The notes under the pieces were generated by a model, which did not search any database, was not told where the DNA came from, and worked only from the letters and a program-made list of their open reading frames with translations. From Octopus vulgaris (lineage: Eukaryota): a DNA stretch of 64,000 bases. Position numbers and translations under genes: made by a program. Position 1 is the stretch's first letter. The number at the start of each line of letters is the position of its first letter. Of this stretch, positions 1 through 13,464 are shown one piece after another. The DNA lies in assembly GCA_951406725.2 (NCBI GenBank), contig OX597826.1, positions 16,120,001 through 16,184,000 on the forward strand. Reading direction: 5' to 3'.

Positions 1-59
1 ATTTGCATGAAATATATTCTATGATGCTCAGATGTTTCTGTCATCTATGTAAATCTATC

Positions 60-1140
60 TCTATAAAGTAATACAATACGAAATATGTAAATTATTCTTT
101 ATTCATTGTTGGTAATACAACAACCTTTTGCATTGTGATTAGCTGTAGTGAGCATATAAGTTACAAATTTCACTCGTCATAATGTTACAATATTAATGTC
201 TAAGCACAATAATGATAGTGATAATACAGACCTCGGGGTTGTTTTAATTAATGCGGAAAGCACCCATATCAAAGATCAATGAAAAGTAATGCAATACACA
301 CAATAATCCACGAGGGACATAATTATATGGCAAATAGGTAAACAGCGTTTTGCACCAAAATGCTCTTTATTTTTATCCGTCATGCAGAGAATATATACAA
401 GGTATCTTCTTAATTCATTGCACTGCAGGCCATTCTGTTTTGTTTCAGCAATAGTGTATCTACGACATGAATGCCCAATTATTTGTGCATTTCCTATTTC
501 TTTGCTCATAGATCAGAGGAGGTCCCGTCCAGAAACATACTTCATGGTAGACATCATTTAAATTTTTCAATATCTATACACTAAGAATTATAAATAATTG
601 GATACACGCAAATCGATCCTAGAACACAACGTATGGTACGGTGATGCAGCATACCGCATTAAATTGAATGCTTCCTCATAGATCTGTTAAGTATTCTGGA
701 ATCACAACTGCAATATTATCAGCATTCCTATAGGCCAACACTGACAAATAAAGTATTATTTTAAAACAAAAAATATAACGTACATTGTGTATGTATATCC
801 GTATAATGCGTATATAATAGATATTTCCAATGCTCTACACATTCTGGTCCCTTGGCTACTACACTCTCGAAATGGAACAGTGAAAATAGCAGATAGATCA
901 GTGGTGCAATAATACCAGGTTTATCATTGGTAAAAGCAAAATATGAGTTTTACGAAGAGTATCATAAAACCCAGTTACAACTGTTTTGAAATATTCCATT
1001 GCACTAAAGTATTTCAAGCAAAATGTTACGCAGTATTTGCTGTTGATTACAGAAGTGAGGCACATCATCAAACTGGTAACAAGAACTATTCTTATATATT
1101 GTACAACGGAGAAATGTTCTACGTTTGTTATTAGAGGGAG
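60..1140 (-). pseudogene. Decayed LRR + 7TM (LGR/GRL101-like) receptor remnant
   Basis: Hand translation of the minus strand across stops and frameshifts gives LRR-like CNGI/FKTVVTGFYDTLRKTHILL/TNDKPGIIAP (~900-1010), hinge-like KFK*CLP*SMFLDGTSSDL (~510-570), TM2-like IIMSLVDYC and TM3-like TSEI...LITMQKVVVL (~110-190). Confidence 0.4.
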
Positions 1141-1299
1141 GAAATAATGTATAATACAAGCTTAAATTGGCAAAATAAAATAAAAACAAAGACGGTAACT
1201 GAGTGAGAATATGAAGAGCAAGAGACATAGAGAAGTATATTCGTCTATCATTAGTAAATCCCAGATATAAGTAGTGGCTGAACAATAGCAACATGTAAA

Positions 1300-1780
1300 G
1301 TCGCTCTTGGTTTACCCCTAAGTTTCTTGCCAGCTGGATTGTCTTGAAGAACCCTTCTTAAGAATTTTCCATCTGACTTTGTAATTGGATTTTCTCGTTA
1401 CAGATGATGTGACTAATTAGCGCGAAAAAGTAGCGGCTTGACCTGGAAAGACTCCCTGATCTCCGAGCTATGCGGCCTGTCGAGTAGTTTTATTCTTGAT
1501 ATCGTTCCGAGTAACCCCATTTCGGCCGCTTGTATTCGCGAATATATTCGTTTTGTCGTTAGCAAGCTTTCATGTAAACGGGTGAGGGCAAGAACAAAAA
1601 ATTGAACTTAAGATAGATTTTAAAAAAATTTTATATTCGACCTCTCATTTTCTAACGGTGTTATGTGGAGGCTACGCATCACTGTGTCAACACGATCAAT
1701 TCTAGCATCCAATTCAGTGTCCTAATTCAAATCACTTGTAAATACAACTCCGAGACACACTTCTCTACTTGCTTCTCATA
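1300..1780 (-). mobile_element. RTE-clade LINE fragment (post-RT region)
   Basis: The minus strand reads KQVEK..LGVVFTSDLN*DTELDARI and VLQDNPAGKKLRGKPR. These match the RTE-type YLG..FTS...EID.RI and G.RPRGRPR motifs. Confidence 0.55.
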
Positions 1781-2540
1781 AAAGAAAACACCTCTATCAA
1801 AAGGTCACTCTCTACATTAAGACCACTCTAAATAAGGGGTTGTCAGTTAGGTTGTATCCTTTTGTAACCTCTTTAGTTCTAATACCGGAATCGATTGATT
1901 GTCCGATAAATTTTGTAGCGGTACAATACACTATATAAGTGCTACCAACTCAGCAAGTTCCAAGGTTTCCCACTCAGCAAACCAAGTGAAAGGAGAAAAG
2001 TTAATCATCACGAAATCATGTATTCAGCATTTGGATCACGTAGAAATAATTTCGTAAAATGTGGTTCAACCATCTCTAACTAGAAATGTATCTCTTAAAT
2101 TTTACAGGAAACTTCTTAAGTTATCTTCACCCTCACATAAATTTAACAATATATCTCATAAACACGCTGTTTAATTATCATACTCGACCACACTGAGCAT
2201 GCCTCAAAATGGAGTAGCTGTGAGTAACAGAAAGCTGTGCACTAATGCATATAAGGACCAAATAAACTATACTAAACGTAATATTGACCAAGTACTTCGT
2301 AGCCAGACTCCAATCATTTTAAACTGCATCGAGTATCATCTTCACGTCTGAGGATACGAAGGTTATATTACGGAGTTACAGTATAGATTCGTTGTCATTT
2401 TCATCCATTAAATAGTGACAACAGATGAGGTACCAGAACATACATAGAACTCTATTATATTCATCTCACATAATTAACTTAATAACTAGGAAATTAATGA
2501 ACTGTGTCTCTGCTTAATAATTCCTCACGCTAATATCAAT

Positions 2541-2718
2541 TCTAAATTTTGGCACAAGGCCAGTAATTTTGGGCAGTTGGGTAAATTAATAACATCACCC
2601 CATTGTTCAACTTGTACTTATTTTAACGTCTCCGAAGTTTGGCCCCTTGGCATTTGAACTCTTTTGAAATATTGCGAGTTTTTTCAGCGTGGTAACGATT
2701 CTGCCTGCTCGCTGCCTT
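2541..2718 (-). mobile_element. tRNA-derived SINE, decayed (same family as 17842-18070)
   Basis: The reverse complement begins aaggcagcgagcaggcagaatcgtta and contains gagttcaaatgcc and aaaataagtacaagt, as in the 17842 copy. Confidence 0.7.
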
Positions 2719-2899
2719 CATTCCTCACACCAATATTAAACCTTAACTCTCATCTTTAATTTAAAATTAATTTTAGCCGTATTTTAATTTTCTTTTTAAT
2801 TTTAAGGTTAATCGTAATTTATCATTAGTATATTTTAACCCTGTCTTAAATTCTATTATTACATTTATTTATTTATGTGTTTATTTTTAGGCACTCTCC

Positions 2900-3120
2900 A
2901 TCCTAGGAAATTTGTTTTATTTTCCCATTGCTGGTGTCGAAGGTCACTCGTTAATACTTCCATTCGTATGTGGTCATCCCCCGACTTCATGTTTCCTACC
3001 CAAGTTCTCATGCCATAATTATCTCATCGACAACGCTAGGGTTGAGTTTTACGACCTTTGACGCCTACACTTACCTCACTCATAATTACATCTCATAACA
3101 ATGTCTAAATCCAATGGCTA
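2900..3120 (+). mobile_element. Penelope-like (Nematis-type) linker fragment
   Basis: HAIIISSTTLGLSFTT...LIITSHN resembles YHSIINSHKVRIAFPNTSNLSQIISSHN in the 30473 ORF. Confidence 0.35.
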
Positions 3121-3939
3121 CCCCATTCTCTTTTTGATCTACCTCCAGTGTCATCATCATCATCAGCATCATCATCGCCATCATTAACACCAATTCTAAT
3201 ATAATAATTTTGTTGTCATTGGTACGTATTATTACTATTTATTTAGTAGTTTTACTTTCATCTTTATCACTATTTCTTACTCCTTTCATAACCATTCTCA
3301 TCCTTTACCGAGATATGTTTTTTATTGCTTTTTCTTCCAGATTATTATCATTATTTGTAGTAACAGTAGTAGTAGTTGTTGTTATGCTTAACATTATTTG
3401 CTTCGGATATAGTTTGGTTTTACTATTGTACAGACAATATATATATCTATGATTTAGTACTGATCGACTGGTTTATTTCTATATGCGTTTCCTTTTCCCT
3501 CATATTCTTTTACTGCTTCATTTTATTTTCCTTCTTCTACTTCATCCTCTTCATCAACTACCGCTTCTAGTTCCTCTTCTTATATTTTTTTATACTTTTA
3601 GTCTTGGTTTTATCCTTTCATTCCCCATTATTATTCTTATATACGTAATATTCCTCTCTATAAGTAGTAAAAATCCATATACGTCACACAGTGTAACAGA
3701 ACACCTCTTGATGCCAGTCTCATGAAATGCCACTCCAATATTAACAACTGCAAACTTTGTGTAACTATTAACATACAATCAATTACATGCAAAAGCGTTA
3801 GAAACGGAGTGGTATAGAAATAAATTGTAATTAATAAGTTGTGTTGAATTAATTTTCCATTTTCATTATTGGAAAATATTTAAGAATATCCGCGCATGTA
3901 TGCATGTGCTTGTGTGCGTGTCTAAATGCGATTAAATAA

Positions 3940-3999
<60 letters not shown>

Positions 4000-4099
4000 T
4001 TATCTACTCTGTGTGTGTGCACGTGCGTACACACCTGTACACACTTACATATCCATTATTGCCTGGTTTCAGTGAATAGATAAAGATAGAGAATTCCTT

Positions 4100-4286
4100 A
4101 TATACGTTATTTACATTATTTACATTTGACGGATATTTGTCATCATCTTGTTTGTTGTTATCACAATGTGTCGGCTGATATACCCTCCGGGCTTCATCAG
4201 GTGTCTTGGAGAAATTTCGAACCTGGTTTCTCATTCCTAAGATATTTTTCGTTGCAGTTGTTGTAGTTGTTGTTGCTTTTGTTGCG

Positions 4287-4369
<83 letters not shown>

Positions 4370-4470
4370 CATTATTATTATTATTATTCAGGTCACTGCC
4401 TGGAATTGAACTCGGAATCTTGGGGTTAGCATCCCGCGCTCTAAACCACTACGCCATATGACTGTGTTAT
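4100..4470 (-). mobile_element. Short non-autonomous unit: tRNA-like head + (TAA)n + hammerhead (Poseidon-type PLE terminus)
   Basis: The minus strand has an A-box tggcgtagtgg, a B-box gagttcaattcc, (TAA)n, then gacac-CTGATGA-...cagcc-GACA. It is flanked by the direct repeat agaattcctt (4090-4099 and 4471-4480). Homologous copies lie at 18760-19036, 44299-44500 and 45419-45845. Confidence 0.85.
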
Positions 4471-6039
4471 AGAATTCCTTTTGTCTAAATGATTTCGAAA
4501 ATTATCTGATCACTGATTTGAAATGCTTGCAATGCAGAATGTTTGTCAAAGGAGCAACAACATGCTAATTCTTTATTTATACATGAAAAAAAGAACATAA
4601 TAAAACGATTTTATTCAACTGCAGTATATATCGGATGATATATACTGATAGTGAAATATAATTTTATGTGAATAAAAGGAAAACAAAGAAGATATTCTCA
4701 ATGAGAAATTAAATTATTGTAGCCGTTTCACATTTTTGGACTGAAATCATTGATTGGATGTTGGGATCGTAACCGTACAACGCTTGTATTGCATAAGTTT
4801 CAATAAGCAATCATTACTAGTCACGACACCCGTTCTTTTATTCCAAGTACATCACGCCCGAAATTGCTTTAATGCACATGTCATTCCCGCAGTTACTCAT
4901 TACAAAGAAATATTAGTATCCTGAATCTCACCGCAAGGGAGGAACTAGCAGGGACATGGACACTCACTCTTCCTACATCCAGACTTTTCAAGTGAGTAAA
5001 ATAGACATTTACGCGTTCATTTTCGATATATTTTCTGATCACATGTGTTCAAATGATTTTTAAAACAATGAAAAATAGCATATAATTTCCCTGCATTGCT
5101 TTTTCAGTAGTTTTTCTTCCCCGTCATTTCACTTGTAAGTGCCATTTTATGTTTTATTTTTATTACTGAATTTTTAAATTACTCCTCAAACAAAAAGGTT
5201 AGGTTTCAAGGCATGATGACTTACTGAAACATTAATTACAACGTTTTATTGAAATGTGAAGTAGGACTGTTAAATGAAATTTACGCTCAAAATGCAGGAT
5301 CAGGTTGCTCGGTTGTTTGTTCCTTATAATTAAATAACATTCGAAAAAGGTTTCCAGTTAAATTAATTGAAAAAAATTCTGATTCGATTTGAAAGTATCT
5401 CATTCAAAGTAAAATCTGTGAACTGTTAAAATGATGGGTATTCTTTTCCCATTAACATTTGTCAATACACATCCTTATCGCTTTAAGTTGATTAAAAATC
5501 TCACAAATCTTGAGGTTTACTTTCAACTATTTGCAGAATTGAACGGTAAAAAAATATATTATTAGCTTTTGGAGATTTAAAAAATATATATGTTTCAGAG
5601 TAAAACGAAAACAAAATGTATAAAATAATGAAAATAATTATTAACACGTGAAGAGGATGCATTTGAGTTTTCATTAAACGTTTGAAACAATCTTTACATG
5701 AAGCCAAATTTAAATGGAATAAAATATAAAAATTACAGAATCTTGTAAGTTATGTAAGAATTCTAATTTAGGAATACAACTGAAGTGTTCATTCTCAACT
5801 TCAAGATTTCATTTAATATTTATTTGGCTATGTATGACATTTTTTGTAGCAAAAAGTTCACTTCTTGCAGAATAAAAATTAGGAATCAATATAAATATTC
5901 CCTCTTCTGTTCTTCTAATATAAAGTATACGGAATAATATTGAAATCATACATATATACACTCACACAAATATACATTCACACACCAATATACACACACA
6001 TATATGTGTGTGTCTATGTGTGGGTGTTGGGGTCTCTCC

Positions 6040-6303
6040 CATCGAAATCGTTGTATGAGCGCTCAGCTTTTACCGAACGAAGTGCACAAATGAATTGTTT
6101 GTAGTGATCAACTCATTAGCTCGCCCTCGCCATCAAATCGACATTTCCTGAACTTGTGTACTTTGTGCCACGCGTCAGGTGTTGAAGTGATCGCAGAGCA
6201 ATATGAGATGAAGTGTTTTGCTTCAGAACACAATGCACCACTCGGTCTAGGAATTGAAACCACGATCGCTAGAGTGGCACCCTAACAACTTAGTCATGTG
6301 CCC
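6040..6303 (-). mobile_element. tRNA-derived SINE, decayed
   Basis: The minus-strand head ggcacatgactaagttgttaggg...gtttcaattcc carries A/B-box-like motifs and is related to 53205-53455. Confidence 0.6.
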
Positions 6304-7082
6304 CCACACATACATAAACACACACAAACACACACAGACATACATATATGTATACATACATAAATAAACACATATATATATACATATATAAACATATACA
6401 GACATATATAGATACATATATATATATTTACTTGTATATATATATATACACGCATATATAGATGTATATACACAGGGATATGTGTGTGCTTGTGTGTAGT
6501 ATGATTATGCAACAGTTAAAAAATGAAATAAGATATTTTCAAAGAAAATGTTCGTGAGATTACTGAGATTTCATTTCACTCACTACAGACGTTGAGAGGC
6601 AAGGAATTTCAGCAACACGCTAACTTGTAAAGCAGAGAAACTAGTGTATTTCCATTACTTTCTCTAATTCTAATATCCTCATTCGAAAGTGAAGAACAAA
6701 TTATATATAATAAAACGCCATTCTCCCTAATTTAAATTCATTGACAAAATCGCAGCTTGAATATGACATAATATTCGAACAGAAATCCAATAAAAAGTAT
6801 AGCTCCTAGCAAATAATCTAATTAATTTTCAGTAAGAATATGCGTCTCTTTAATAGCTGACCGTACCTGTGTAGGAGGTCTTTATATAGGTAGCACGTTC
6901 AAAAAATTCTGAAAAAAAAAAAAGAAATATATCATTATAACAGACAACAAGTGCGACTGGATGATTATTGAATAATAATAAGGGCAACGAAGATTCATTC
7001 ACTTGGTTACATATATTTTATTAATTTTCGGTTCCCCGAAGTTGCAGTATCAATACAGAACATACAAAATTTTTCGGAATTG

Positions 7083-7126
<44 letters not shown>

Positions 7127-9244
7127 GCATACATACGTATGTATATGTGTATGTATATATATATACTGAAGGAAAGGAAAGAAAATAGAGAGAATTGAAT
7201 GTTAAAATATGTTGAAAAATTTCTTTTAAAAAGCTTACAATGCAAATAATTTGATTATAAGTTGAAGAGCTCAAAATTAATTTTAAAAACGTATAATCCT
7301 GTAAATATTTATGAACATAGATATAGCTACTGAAATATTAATCATGAGATCGATGAAAAGATCATTAAGAATGCAACAAGAATCGAAACAAATATTTATA
7401 GAATATTAAGAAGTTCAGTGCTAAAATTCGTCAGCACCCGGATGTTATGAAGGCGGTTAAACTATCTATGGAAATGCAATTGTGATTTTTCACAATACAT
7501 ACCCCTATGAATTATTTTCATCAGAAAGCAATTGTCAGAGTATCTGGAGTATCACAAGCGAATTTTCTTTTGAATTAACATTTAGGTCAAAATTTCCGTT
7601 ATCCATACAGCTTAAGCAGACACTTTTGGTTATGGAGTGGGAAATATTTGTGTCATTTATAAAACGACCAATTACATAGAAATTACAATGGAAGCGAAAA
7701 TTCGTTCAATGCTTCGGTGTGGAATCAAAATAAGTTCCTTTCTCATTTAACTTCTCTAATCAATCACTAATCCCGATAAGCTATTTATCGAATGCTTTTA
7801 TATCGATCTACCATTTCCAATCTTTTAATTCAAATTCAGGTTTCCTATTTCTACCAGATTCTTCCGATAACATTATTTAAGACATAGAAGACATACGCTG
7901 AGGGGAATTTTTTTCTTTGAAATTTAGCTTTGAATATCTAAAGAAATAAAATACAAATACTGTAACAGTGCCAAGCATTACCTGAAATATGGGTCATCTT
8001 CCTCCTTCCCTCTTTTGATCTATTAATGGAAATAAGTAAGTTTGCAAACTTTATAAGAGAGCCTTACTTTAAATAGTGATGGTTGCAATTCTTCATTCCA
8101 GTGTCTTAGCTATTTAAATCTACGTATTTTCAACTTTCTACAGTTAAAATTTGTGGTATTCCTTTGAGATTGCTTTTATATTTAGTAAACACCAATGCTT
8201 TTGCAATTAACGACTCCTTACGCGTTTTCGCGTTTTTCAAACCTGTAACGTATAAAGAATAATTCACATTGAAAGAAAACCAAAATTGAAATCATGCACT
8301 ATATAAATACGGATCTATACGAAAAGTTGTTCAGATTATGATTAAATATATTCTAAGGTGGCAGCTTTAAAAATTTGTAGCACCATTTTCAATCGAATTC
8401 TGAGAATTGAACTCCAGTCAGCTGAAAACGCTAGCAATACATTTATATTTTCCGTGGAGAAAACTGTGTATTCACAAATAAATATTTGTTCGGCCTACAA
8501 ATCAAAGTTATGACAAATAGAAGTGTATCATAATCTTTCATTAAAAAGAATCTGTTACATATGATCCTGATCTGAGGGGCAGCACTGATTTAATTGTAGT
8601 GGCTTTCCGATACCTGTGCACACTGAAGCTACCTAAAATATCTGTTTTATATTACATTCCTCGAAATAGAATTCAATGTTTTATACGAAATAGTTACGCG
8701 GAAACAAAAACAAAATAATGCAAACAGTGTGGATTCTAATGTCATCATTATTACATTCCCCGGGGGAGACATTAAATCGCGTGATTCTTCAGTCTCGTAA
8801 GGCGTACTGAAGAAAGAATTCATTTTCACACCACTAATTACACTTTTTACATGGGAGAAAAGCAAGTTAGATACACCCAACCATCGGCCTTCCTCTCTTT
8901 ATTTACTTATCTTTCAGCTTCCCCGTCCACATACGCGCACATGTATGTGAACAAGGAGGGAAATACTGGGAGAGACATAGAGAGAGAAAAATGAAAGTCA
9001 GAATTGGCACAAAAGAAAAGAGAAATGGTTTTCGATATTCTATTGAATATGTATGAAGATATGGAGCAATCTCAAGATTAATCAGCCGAAATTGCGAAGA
9101 TGATCCGGTTCTTGACTGATGACTGAGGGCTTCGAATGTCCCGTCCTGTGGTTCTTGTGTCGTCTTCTAGGTGTTTCACGTTCTTGTCCCAGTTTGTATA
9201 CATTTTTTACTTTTTACATATATATATGTATATATATATATACA

Positions 9245-9764
9245 CACTTATATAGCATAAGTGCAGAAATAAATGCTAAAACTAATTATAAACTCATGAA
9301 ACTTGATGAAAAATATGCTAATAAGAAAGGCAAAAGTAAAAAATCCAGTAAAACTAAAATTAATGGTATTGATAAAGATATACTTGTAAATTCTTATAAT
9401 AATAGACATAATATAAATGATAAAGTAATATATATACTCCTTGCATATATTCTGAGAAGTATAATATGGATTATGAGTGTCCGAATAAAGCAAAGACTTT
9501 GTGGTGCATCATTCACTTTGCTAGTCAAATTAAAAATAGCATAGTCAAATCCATTTACCGATCAATACAGAAGCATTTATGTAAAGATACATAGTATAGT
9601 GAAATTATTAATTTTAAATCTATAAGTGTTGGTCATTCCCTATGAAAATTTTTTTTTCAATTATATCATCAATTAATAATAGAAAACTAGATACATTTTT
9701 AACAACCATAACCTTAATGAAAATGTTGGTAGGGTAAATTAAAATCGTAACTCGCTGCCTAATC

Positions 9765-9819
<55 letters not shown>

Positions 9820-10270
9820 CAACTCTAGTAATAATAACGTTAATAAGGATTGTGATAGTGAGATTAAAAACAATACTAATTTTAACAATAATTGCAAACA
9901 AGGTAACTTACTATATTGGTGCATAGTTAAATCTGAAGGGAAGGAATACCATTACGTAGGTTCTATCGAAACTCCATTTCAACGAAGAATCGCAAACTAC
10001 GGAAGTTATTTAAGAAATAGACATAAAATTAATAATACTAGTCTCAGTAAATTTATATGGATGCTAAAGGACAGTGGTAAAGAGATAAGATTAAATGGGA
10101 TGTTGTAAACCATGCCATGTCTAATATTTCAGATAGAAAATGACGCTTATGCACCGATGAGATTTTTCAAATAATAAAATCTAAACACAAATTATTGAAT
10201 TCTCTGAAAGAAAGTATTTTAGCTTGTTACCACCCTTCAAAATATGCATTTAGAAAATTTTATTAATTAG
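9245..10270 (+). mobile_element. 5'-truncated Penelope-like element (Nematis-type): linker + GIY-YIG endonuclease pseudo-ORF
   Basis: It translates to LWCIIHFASQIK..., a poly-Asn tract, then CKQGNLLYWCIVKSEGKEYHYVGSIETPFQRRIANY...TSLSKFIWMLKD. After a frameshift it reads KWDVV...RK*RLCTDE...LLNSLKE...CYH. This is homologous to 31260-32201. Confidence 0.8.
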
Positions 10271-11150
10271 GTGATTAATATTAAACTGAAAACTGCTAGT
10301 ATAGATATGTTACTACTACGCGGAATGCGTCTTTAGAAATAGAAATTATGAGTATTTATTGGATATAAAATAACATCTCAACGTTTGGATATTATATGCT
10401 TAAATTGATTGGTTTGGAGAAGATGCATATTTTATTTGTAGTGATTAACCTTAATATAAGTTCAGAAAATCAAATAAATTTATTAAATAGACTATAATTG
10501 CAGCCAAACATTAAACTATTCTAAGTTGTTATAATCACCATAGATATAATCTAGAAAATTTAATAAATATATTAAACAGAAAACAAATTAAATCTAACAT
10601 TAAAAAACAGAGAAATAGTGTAATAACTATGGATCAATTTAAAAATCAGACATAAATTTAGATAATTGGAAATAACAAATATAAATACCATATTCTATAT
10701 TATGATATATAATGCTTGAATTTCATTTCAATAATAATAGAGAACACGAACCTTGATAATCTATCGGAGATTATAACTATTTGTAATTCAAGCAAGTGTA
10801 TCAGCATCAATAAAAAAAAACAATACATACCACATTAAATTATGTAGTATTTAGAGATATACTTAATAATAGTAATAATAGTATTGAACATTGACATCCA
10901 CTAATTAACCAAATAATATGATACATTTTACTTTTAATATCATATTTAGAAAGATATAAATTAAAATTTAACTATAATTAGTATAACTCTGTATAACTGT
11001 ACTTACAAACCTAACATAATATAATCTTAAATAATATACATCATGTTATGTTAGATTATACAATACTTAAAATCAGTTTAATAATGATGATAATAAAAAT
11101 ATTGCGTATTGATCTCTATTGATTAACCGTATAAACATTATACATTTTAA

Positions 11151-11353
11151 AAACACACAGAAATCGTTAGATTCACTTCAAGATTTAAATTTAATTTGCC
11201 CAAATGTTGTCATCGCTTTGAGATCACGACCTGTTCACTGACAAAACTCCGTGCTGCATTTGTCAGTGAACACGTCACGGTCTTAAAGCGACGAAAATAT
11301 TTTGGCAAGTTAAATTTAAATGTTGAAGTCAATCTAACGGTTTTTGCGTGTTT
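11151..11353. repeat. Fold-back inverted repeat (~95 bp arms, 13 nt spacer); each arm carries a hammerhead-like motif
   Basis: aaacacacagaaatcgttagattcacttcaa...tgttcactgacaaa pairs with tttgtcagtgaaca...ttgaagtcaatctaacggtttttgcgtgttt. Confidence 0.9.
11260..11308 (+). ncRNA. Minimal hammerhead ribozyme-like motif with G3-C8 core (GUGAACA)
   Basis: ttgtca-GTGAACA-c-gtcac..gcgac-GAAA-atat-TT-tggcaa. Stem I is ttgtca/tggcaa. Stem II has one mismatch. Stem III is the palindrome AAAATATTTT. Confidence 0.6.
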
Positions 11354-11574
11354 CTTAAATGGCTTATAAGTACATTCCACGATACAATTGCTTTCATTCC
11401 GACACACGATTTCAGATCAGGTCACTTGCTATGCAAGTACATCTCCATAATTATACATTTTAATTTAGATAACAATATATATCTATCGATGAAATCAAAT
11501 TTGATGAGGAAATACACCAACTAAATTTACGTAATAATTATAAATGTATAGAGTGAGCCCAAATATGAACGTTA

Positions 11575-12480
11575 AGTCATATGAATGTTATGTTTTTGGT
11601 CCCCCCAAGATTACAGACAGAACTTGCTTTCTATATTATGTCCACGTACAAGTTTTTTTTATCTCATTATTCCTTTTACTTTTATAGTTTATAGATATAT
11701 TTTTTTACACATAATAATGTTTTCTGTACTCTACTTTCCACCCTGCATTTTCCCCTGTGCCTATAAAGGCGTGTATATGGAATCATTTGTGCGCGCGTGT
11801 GGATTGGTACGTATGTGCGGGTATGTATGTATATAGATGTGCGCATGTTTGCGGGCATATGAGTACATATATATATATAGACGTATTTTACTGTTTTTAC
11901 ATTTTTTTCTGTTTTTCTTTTATTTTTATTAAGGGTATGTCCGTATATGAACGTGGTTTACTCTTTGTATACTTCCTTATGTCTTTTTTCTGTATTGTTA
12001 CACTTAACCCTGTTTTTCTTGTGCTTGTGCGTATGTAGACGTATGTATGAACTTTTACGGTGCGCGTGTGTGTGGGGGGGTTGTGTATATATATGCATAT
12101 ACATTTGGCGGAAGATGCGACTGAGGATGTGTACGTTTTTCTAGTGATGTATGCGTACGCACGAGGGTGTGCGAGTCCACATGTGTACGTATAAACAGGC
12201 GCGCTTACGCCTTACCTTAATTAGCGGTCATTCGAATAGCGCTTTTGTCAAAATAGCGTCAATAGCACAGTGATTTCCCTTTGCATAACGGTATTTTTTC
12301 ATAGCGTTTTTCCGATGGCCGGATAACTGAAGAGATGGTAGTGTGGATTTCCACATTGGCATCCGAAACTCAGAGTTTTAGCTTGGCTACCGAATAATTG
12401 TCACATTTACAGATAAATTCCTCTATTTACATAATATTGAGGTCTCTTTCTTTCTTTTGTTATCTTACCGGTTTTACCAA
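11575..12480 (+). mobile_element. 3' tail/pseudo-LTR of the Nematis-type PLE family found at 50545-51862
   Basis: gttatgtttttggtcccc (11587) and 12290-12480 match the reverse complement of the ORF end and terminus of the 50545-51862 element. The copy ends at a TA-rich tract. Confidence 0.8.
12321..12383 (+). ncRNA. Type I hammerhead ribozyme motif
   Basis: ggataa-CTGAAGA-gatg...catc-c-GAAA-ctcagag-TT-ttagct. The core is intact and stem III is palindromic (aactc-a-gagtt). Confidence 0.7.
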
Positions 12481-13464
12481 TATATAGATATATAGATATT
12501 TAAAGAACAGAACGTCAAAGTGAAGCACACCGCGTTTGATTGCTATCTAATGACGTAAATCAAGTGACAAACAATCCATTCTGTGTGTAAAGTTTTAATA
12601 CATGAAAGAAAATTTACCAACAAACATGATGAGGACAATTATCAGTCAAATGTAAATAATGTAAATAAGGTACATAATTCCTCATCTCATAAATATAGAG
12701 CTGTATAATCATGTGTATTTGTATAGACGTCTATATATTTCTACATGAATATATAATTTTGTGTATAAATATGCGTCTACTTGTGTGTATACGTTTGCGT
12801 CTGCACAGGCGCAATAAAATGAGCAACCGCATGCGCACTCATTGTTTTTTAAAAACACGTTAATTCGTTAATTAAAAGCATTCATTTAAAGCATTGCATG
12901 AAAGTGACATTTTCAATTATTGTTTGAACAGCAACACAATTTCATGGTTTCCATTGTATGGAATTCATCACGTAAATAATATTATTATCGTGACAGCGAG
13001 AAATGAAATCAAAATCGTAAGCTTGAAACAGCCGTTTGTGCACGTGTCGTCGAAGAAGGTTTTTAAACGAAAGAACGTAAGTATAAGCGTTTCATTCAAA
13101 TGTTCATTTCATATTTCAAACAAAAAAGATAAAAAAAGTGGGACTCTATTTACTGGTAATCAGAGCTTTTCAGATATATATCGTCGGCTCCAGCTCGTAT
13201 CCGAGCATTGGGTTCGCCAGTTTCCATCCACTCTCCTTGGCTGATGTTTGTGCTGAAAGTGACTTTGGAATCCAGGTCGGTGGTGACCGAGTCGTAAGCA
13301 GAATTTGCACGGGAAGGTCGCTGCAGGTCGAGGATGCTGAAGATGCCTCTTTCTTCTCCTGTGTTTTCGCTCCTCATTCTCTTGTCTGTTCTGCACGAAG
13401 GCGCTGGATCCATTGCAGATAGTAGTCCTCCATGGTAGTCTGTTCCCATGGGGATGTCTGGATG

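Noticed and set aside
2150-2250. Copia-like integrase motif PQNGVA
   Set aside because: A single short motif with no LTRs or other domains.
9050-9150. ctgatga and gccgaaa as a hammerhead
   Set aside because: The elements are in an order and spacing that I could not fold into stems I-III.
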